Positions 59,926-64,000 of a stretch of DNA of 64,000 nt are shown here, one piece after another. Every line of letters starts with the position of its first letter. Positions within the stretch are counted from its first letter, which is position 1. The stretch covers positions 294-64,293 of the forward strand of contig CAZFDL010000001.1 in NCBI GenBank assembly GCA_964517905.1. The letters run 5' to 3'. Origin of the DNA: an uncultured Anaerolinea sp. GTDB taxonomy: Bacteria; Chloroflexota; Anaerolineae; Anaerolineales; Villigracilaceae. A model generated the notes under the pieces. It had not been told where the DNA came from. It saw only the letters and a list, made by a program, of their open reading frames with translations, and did no database searches. The position numbers and the translations under genes are program-made.

Positions 59926-60483
59926 ACTACTCTCCTTATGGCTGAATCAAGAGTGGCCAAAACATATCCTCGCATGATTTCACCAACTTTAGCCTCTTCC
60001 ACGAAACGGTGGTGCGAATACACTCCACAAGCTACTGGACAAAAATTCGCACACCCATACTAATCATCTCGATAATGGCCTTGGGCGGAGAGGTCAACTC
60101 GATCATCGATGTACAACGCATTTGGCGAGGTTATTCCAAACAAACCGGCTTAGCCAGCCGAAATCTCGAATACCGAACTGCTGGTAGAGACGATGAACCA
60201 TCTTCGAGGATCACAGAAAGCCTACCTGATATCCATGTTCACAGGTGACCTGTAGAGATCCAAAATCGACGGCAGAACCATTTCCGTGACCGCTTGCCAA
60301 AGGCCATGTGCCCCGTTATATAAGCCAGCCATTGCCTGTGAAAGAATTAATAGAGATGGGGCGACTATCAAACCACAATGCAAATTTATCTTATTGAATA
60401 GTGCCAGGTGCAATTCACCTCCAGAAACAACTAGACAAATAGTAGTAAAATACCAACAGCATTTCAGCGAAGGAGATAGACCA

Positions 60484-63066
60484 TTGGACTCTTCGTTCGG
60501 CAACTGGGTCAGGCGTCATCGTAAGGCACGCGACCTCACGCAACAGGAACTTGCCCAGCGCGTGGGATGTTCGCCTTCACTGATCTTCAAGATCGAGTCA
60601 GACGAACGCCGCCCCTCCCGCCAGGTCGCGGAACTGCTAGCCCAGCATCTGGAGATTCCGGACGATCAACGTGAATTATTTATCAAAGTGGCAAGACGGG
60701 AAAAAGCGATCGACAACCTTTACTCGCTCCCGCCTCGCCCCGGGTCCCAACTTGATGTGCCGCCTTCAGGATACCCGCATAATCTGCCGTTGCCTCCCAA
60801 TCCATTAATCGGTCGTGGATTCGAGCTTGGTGAAATCGCGCGTATGCTTCGCGATCCTCAATGTCGTTTGCTCACATTGACCGGACCCGGCGGCATTGGA
60901 AAGACACGCCTTGCTTTGGCGGTCGCGCATGACCTTCGTACAGACTTCAAAAACGACGCATTCTTCGTTTCGCTTGTGGGAGTGGGCGCGTCGGAATATA
61001 TTGTTTCATCCATCGCGGAAGCGATGAAATTCTCGTTCGCTGGTGCGGCCGAACCCAAAGCCCAACTATTGACCCATCTACGGGATAAAGAAGCCTTGCT
61101 CGTGCTGGACAACATGGAACATCTCGTTGAAGGCGCTGGCGTTATGAGCGAGATCCTTCAACACACCACGGGCATCAAGATGTTGGTCACGTCCCGCGAG
61201 CCGTTGCGCATCCAAGCCGAGTGGATCCTTGAAATTCAGGGGCTGCCCGTCCCAGAAACTGAGCGCCTCGGAGAACTTGAAAGCGGCAGCGCCGTGGCAT
61301 TGTTCCTACAAAGGGCGAGGCAGTCAAAAGCAAATTTCGCTTTCTCTTCGGAAGAATCATCTTTCATAATACAGATCTGCCGCCTCGTAGATGGTCTGCC
61401 TTTGGGTTTGGAACTTGCTGCCAGTTGGATACGAGTCATGTCCCCTGAGGAGATCGCACAGGAGATCGAACATAGCATAGATTTCCTCACAACCACCGCG
61501 CGCGATGTGCCACAACGGCACCGTTCCATTCGCGCCGTATTCGATCACTCGTGGAATCTACTGACAGATGGGGAACAGCGTATCCTGCGGCAAGTAGCAG
61601 TTTTTAGCGGAGGTTTTACGCGCGAGGCAGCTGAACGTGTAGCTGGTGCAACATTGTCTCAACTTTCGGCGCTTCTGGATAAATCATTACTCCGCTACGA
61701 TGGTGCTCACATAGGGTGGTACGATTTCCACGAACTATTTCGTCAGTATGTCGATCAAAAAGCGGCGGATAGTATCGATGAACACAACCTGTTGCACGAC
61801 CGTCACGCTGAATACTACGCCGCTTTCCTCCAGCAATGCGAAGGTCAATTACTTGGTCCAGATCAGCAAGCTATTTTGGCGCGCTTGAGCAGGGACATCG
61901 ACAATATCCGCTCCGCATGGAATTGGATGATCAATCATCGTCAATTTGTCAACCTTCAAAAATCACTGGTAAGCATGTTCGTTTTACACGACATCCGAAA
62001 TTGGCTGCACCCGGGATCGAAACTCTTCGAACGCGCAGTGTTGGCTGTACAATCCAACGACAAAGATCCGGGGATAAATGACGAAGACGCGATCCTATTG
62101 GGTGAATTAATGACATGTCAGGGGCATTTCTTCTGGCACCTGGGACAAACGCAAAAAGCGCGCCATCTTCTTCAGAACAGTCTCCGCTTGCTTGGTTCCC
62201 ATCGAGATCGAACCATGCACGCGGAAGCGCTTTTATTTCTTACCGTTTTGGAGCATTCGCAGGGCAATTTCTCAGTTGCTCGGCAATTAGCGGAGGAGTG
62301 TGTATACCTGAATCGTGAGCAAGGCCGGATCTCCGGGACAGGTTATGCGCTGAGCATACTTGGCTTGATCTGCCTGGCACAGGGGGAATACGATCTCGCG
62401 TATGAGCGCCTCAAGGAGAGCGTGGCGGCAATGCGATCCATCAATCAAGCGCGTGGCACAGCGGTAAATCTAACCAGACTTGGGCTGGCAGCACTGCGTC
62501 TTGGTCGGCTTCCTGAAGCCGAACAACTCTTGAAGGATGGACTGGAAACAACCCGTCAACTCGGCGATCGTTGGGGCATAGGGAATGCACTACACATTCT
62601 AGGTCTGTTGGCGCAAACAAGAGGGAACCTGGAACACGCGGAATCCGTAATTCGCGAAAGCATCATCCTCTTTAAGGAGGATGGTGATCAGATCGCACTG
62701 GCATCTACCCTTGCAGATCTTGCTTTCATACTGACTGAAGGCAACGACCTTTCAGAAGCGAGGCATTCTTTCAAGCAGTCGTTGCAAATTTCTCTCGCCA
62801 TCCAGGCTATTCCGATCCTATTATCAACACTTCTCGGGCTTGCCACCCTGCTCGCGAGAGGGGATGCGACAGAATATGCATATGAAATTGCGACATTCAG
62901 TGCGCAACATCCCGCCAGCAACCAATGGACAAAACACCGGGCGGAGAAACTACGAACCGAGTTGGAGGGTGCCCTTTATCCAGAACAAATCCAAGCTGCA
63001 CAATCACGGGCTCGTTCCATATCGATCGAGTCATTCGTGCAGAAGATCCTGATAAGTTACCCTTGA
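60484..63066 (+). CDS. XRE-HTH, NB-ARC/STAND ATPase, TPR transcriptional regulator
   Basis: [47 protein letters not shown]; TPRs; TTG at 60484 after AGGAG. Confidence 0.9.
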   Translation: MDSSFGNWVRRHRKARDLTQQELAQRVGCSPSLIFKIESDERRPSRQVAELLAQHLEIPDDQRELFIKVARREKAIDNLYSLPPRPGSQLDVPPSGYPHNLPLPPNPLIGRGFELGEIARMLRDPQCRLLTLTGPGGIGKTRLALAVAHDLRTDFKNDAFFVSLVGVGASEYIVSSIAEAMKFSFAGAAEPKAQLLTHLRDKEALLVLDNMEHLVEGAGVMSEILQHTTGIKMLVTSREPLRIQAEWILEIQGLPVPETERLGELESGSAVALFLQRARQSKANFAFSSEESSFIIQICRLVDGLPLGLELAASWIRVMSPEEIAQEIEHSIDFLTTTARDVPQRHRSIRAVFDHSWNLLTDGEQRILRQVAVFSGGFTREAAERVAGATLSQLSALLDKSLLRYDGAHIGWYDFHELFRQYVDQKAADSIDEHNLLHDRHAEYYAAFLQQCEGQLLGPDQQAILARLSRDIDNIRSAWNWMINHRQFVNLQKSLVSMFVLHDIRNWLHPGSKLFERAVLAVQSNDKDPGINDEDAILLGELMTCQGHFFWHLGQTQKARHLLQNSLRLLGSHRDRTMHAEALLFLTVLEHSQGNFSVARQLAEECVYLNREQGRISGTGYALSILGLICLAQGEYDLAYERLKESVAAMRSINQARGTAVNLTRLGLAALRLGRLPEAEQLLKDGLETTRQLGDRWGIGNALHILGLLAQTRGNLEHAESVIRESIILFKEDGDQIALASTLADLAFILTEGNDLSEARHSFKQSLQISLAIQAIPILLSTLLGLATLLARGDATEYAYEIATFSAQHPASNQWTKHRAEKLRTELEGALYPEQIQAAQSRARSISIESFVQKILISYP

Positions 63067-63438
63067 TCATTCTTCATACAGATAAAAATCTGTCATATGA
63101 TCCGCCAATGCCTGGTTGCTTTCGTGTCCGGCTTTTTCGATTGTGAAATATCCCCATTCTCTTTTGCTCGATATGTGCTGGGCCGGAATAAAGACACGCA
63201 GGTGGATGTGCCGGGACCTTAGCTGAGTCTCGGCTGCTATGGCGCGCGCTGCCGCCTGCTGTGCGCTCCTCAAGACCTTATTTAGAAAACCCGCTTGGAG
63301 TTTCAATGGGCCGAGGATCATCATCAGCCATTCGTGGATCGGAGGAGCGGTGTCAGGTCCGAGAGTCAGTTCGAGTTCGCCGATCAATTTCCAGTCGAGT
63401 TTTGAAGCGACCGTGATACAAAGGCCGTTGTGTCTCAT
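63067..63438 (-). CDS. Hypothetical protein
   Basis: Open frame filling the gap just downstream of the 63968 gene; start uncertain. Confidence 0.55.
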   Translation of the reverse strand: MRHNGLCITVASKLDWKLIGELELTLGPDTAPPIHEWLMMILGPLKLQAGFLNKVLRSAQQAAARAIAAETQLRSRHIHLRVFIPAQHISSKREWGYFTIEKAGHESNQALADHMTDFYLYEE

Positions 63439-63449
63439 TCCGTCACAGA

Positions 63450-63968
63450 TCAAAACACCCAATACCGGGCAGTTGCCATGGCGAGCACGGCAATCATTGT
63501 CAGTGTCAGGTCGAGTTTTCCGGCAGCAGCAATTTCCGCTTCGATCCGCGTAAGTCTGGCACTCATTTCCGGCGGCGGTGAACCGCCGTTAATCTGAACA
63601 ATTTCGGCAAGCGCGGCGAGTTTTCCTAGACGGGGCGGGACCAGTGCGTTCCATAAAACGACAGCCAGGATGCCTGCCAGCGCGCCGGTGGTAAATCCGA
63701 TTCCAGGGCCGGTTGTAACCCATTCCCAATTTACACTGGCAAGCCGAATGAACAAGACCCCTCCCGCCAGGATGGTTATGATGCTCATCGTATTTAAAAA
63801 TCTACCAAATCGCTGGTGAACCATCAGCTGGTCCATAAATTTTTGACTCTGGGGTGCGGTTGCCCGAGCGGCGGGCTGAATGAACATATATAGAGCGATC
63901 ACCCCGCCAGCCCAGAAAATACCTGCAACGATATGGAGGATACGAAGAACAATGACAGTTAGGTTCAT
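63450..63968 (-). CDS. Four-TM membrane protein (LHIVAGIFWAGG, CopD/DUF2269-like)
   Basis: Four hydrophobic helices with an N-terminal H-x6-W-x-GG pattern. Confidence 0.75.
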   Translation of the reverse strand: MNLTVIVLRILHIVAGIFWAGGVIALYMFIQPAARATAPQSQKFMDQLMVHQRFGRFLNTMSIITILAGGVLFIRLASVNWEWVTTGPGIGFTTGALAGILAVVLWNALVPPRLGKLAALAEIVQINGGSPPPEMSARLTRIEAEIAAAGKLDLTLTMIAVLAMATARYWVF

Positions 63969-64000
63969 GGTTTTCTCTTTCAACTAGTACTTGTCTCAAA

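Noticed and set aside
60286..60483. N-terminal extension of the STAND regulator in the ORF track
   Set aside because: The HTH begins right after TTG 60484, which has an AGGAG RBS; the upstream part has no protein-like features. Similar start trims were made for 991, 5743, 10471, 19052, 40809 and 52586
59926..60483. Short ORFs in the sigma/STAND intergenic region
   Set aside because: No recognisable motifs or RBS; not supportable as genes
294..63999. Numerous short overlapping or antisense ORFs in the six-frame track
   Set aside because: They are shadows of well-supported genes in GC-rich DNA

Overview
A 64 kb bacterial chromosomal segment. Gene content, the many GAF paralogues and the leaderless-type promoters suggest Chloroflexota/Anaerolineae; this assignment is an inference. 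Left end: an amino-acid ABC transporter (aapJQMP-like, minus strand), a divergent operon (choline-kinase-like phosphotransferase, GcvT-family dehydrogenase, HAD phosphatase, GGPP synthase) and tRNA-Gly(CCC). The main feature is a tightly coupled operon of about 28 kb (10086-38384). It encodes two stand-alone receivers, one soluble multi-GAF protein, nine tandem membrane sensors with varied input domains but no kinase, MCP or cyclase output, an orphan ParA, one large hybrid histidine kinase, a threonine-synthase-like enzyme fused to a receiver domain, and a DMT transporter. All nine sensors end in the same module: a C-terminal half of a GAF domain followed by an N-terminal half. The kinase starts with only the C-half and the soluble protein ends with only the N-half. 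This suggests a chemoreceptor-array-like system without CheA/CheW, assembled through split or permuted GAF complementation (hypothesis). The right half is mostly housekeeping (murI, hflX, trmFO, rplS, fabF, moaCDE, scpA, pabBC, a Grx-TrxR fusion), plus further two-component genes, an ECF sigma factor and an XRE-STAND-TPR regulator. No CRISPR array, integrase or transposase was seen.
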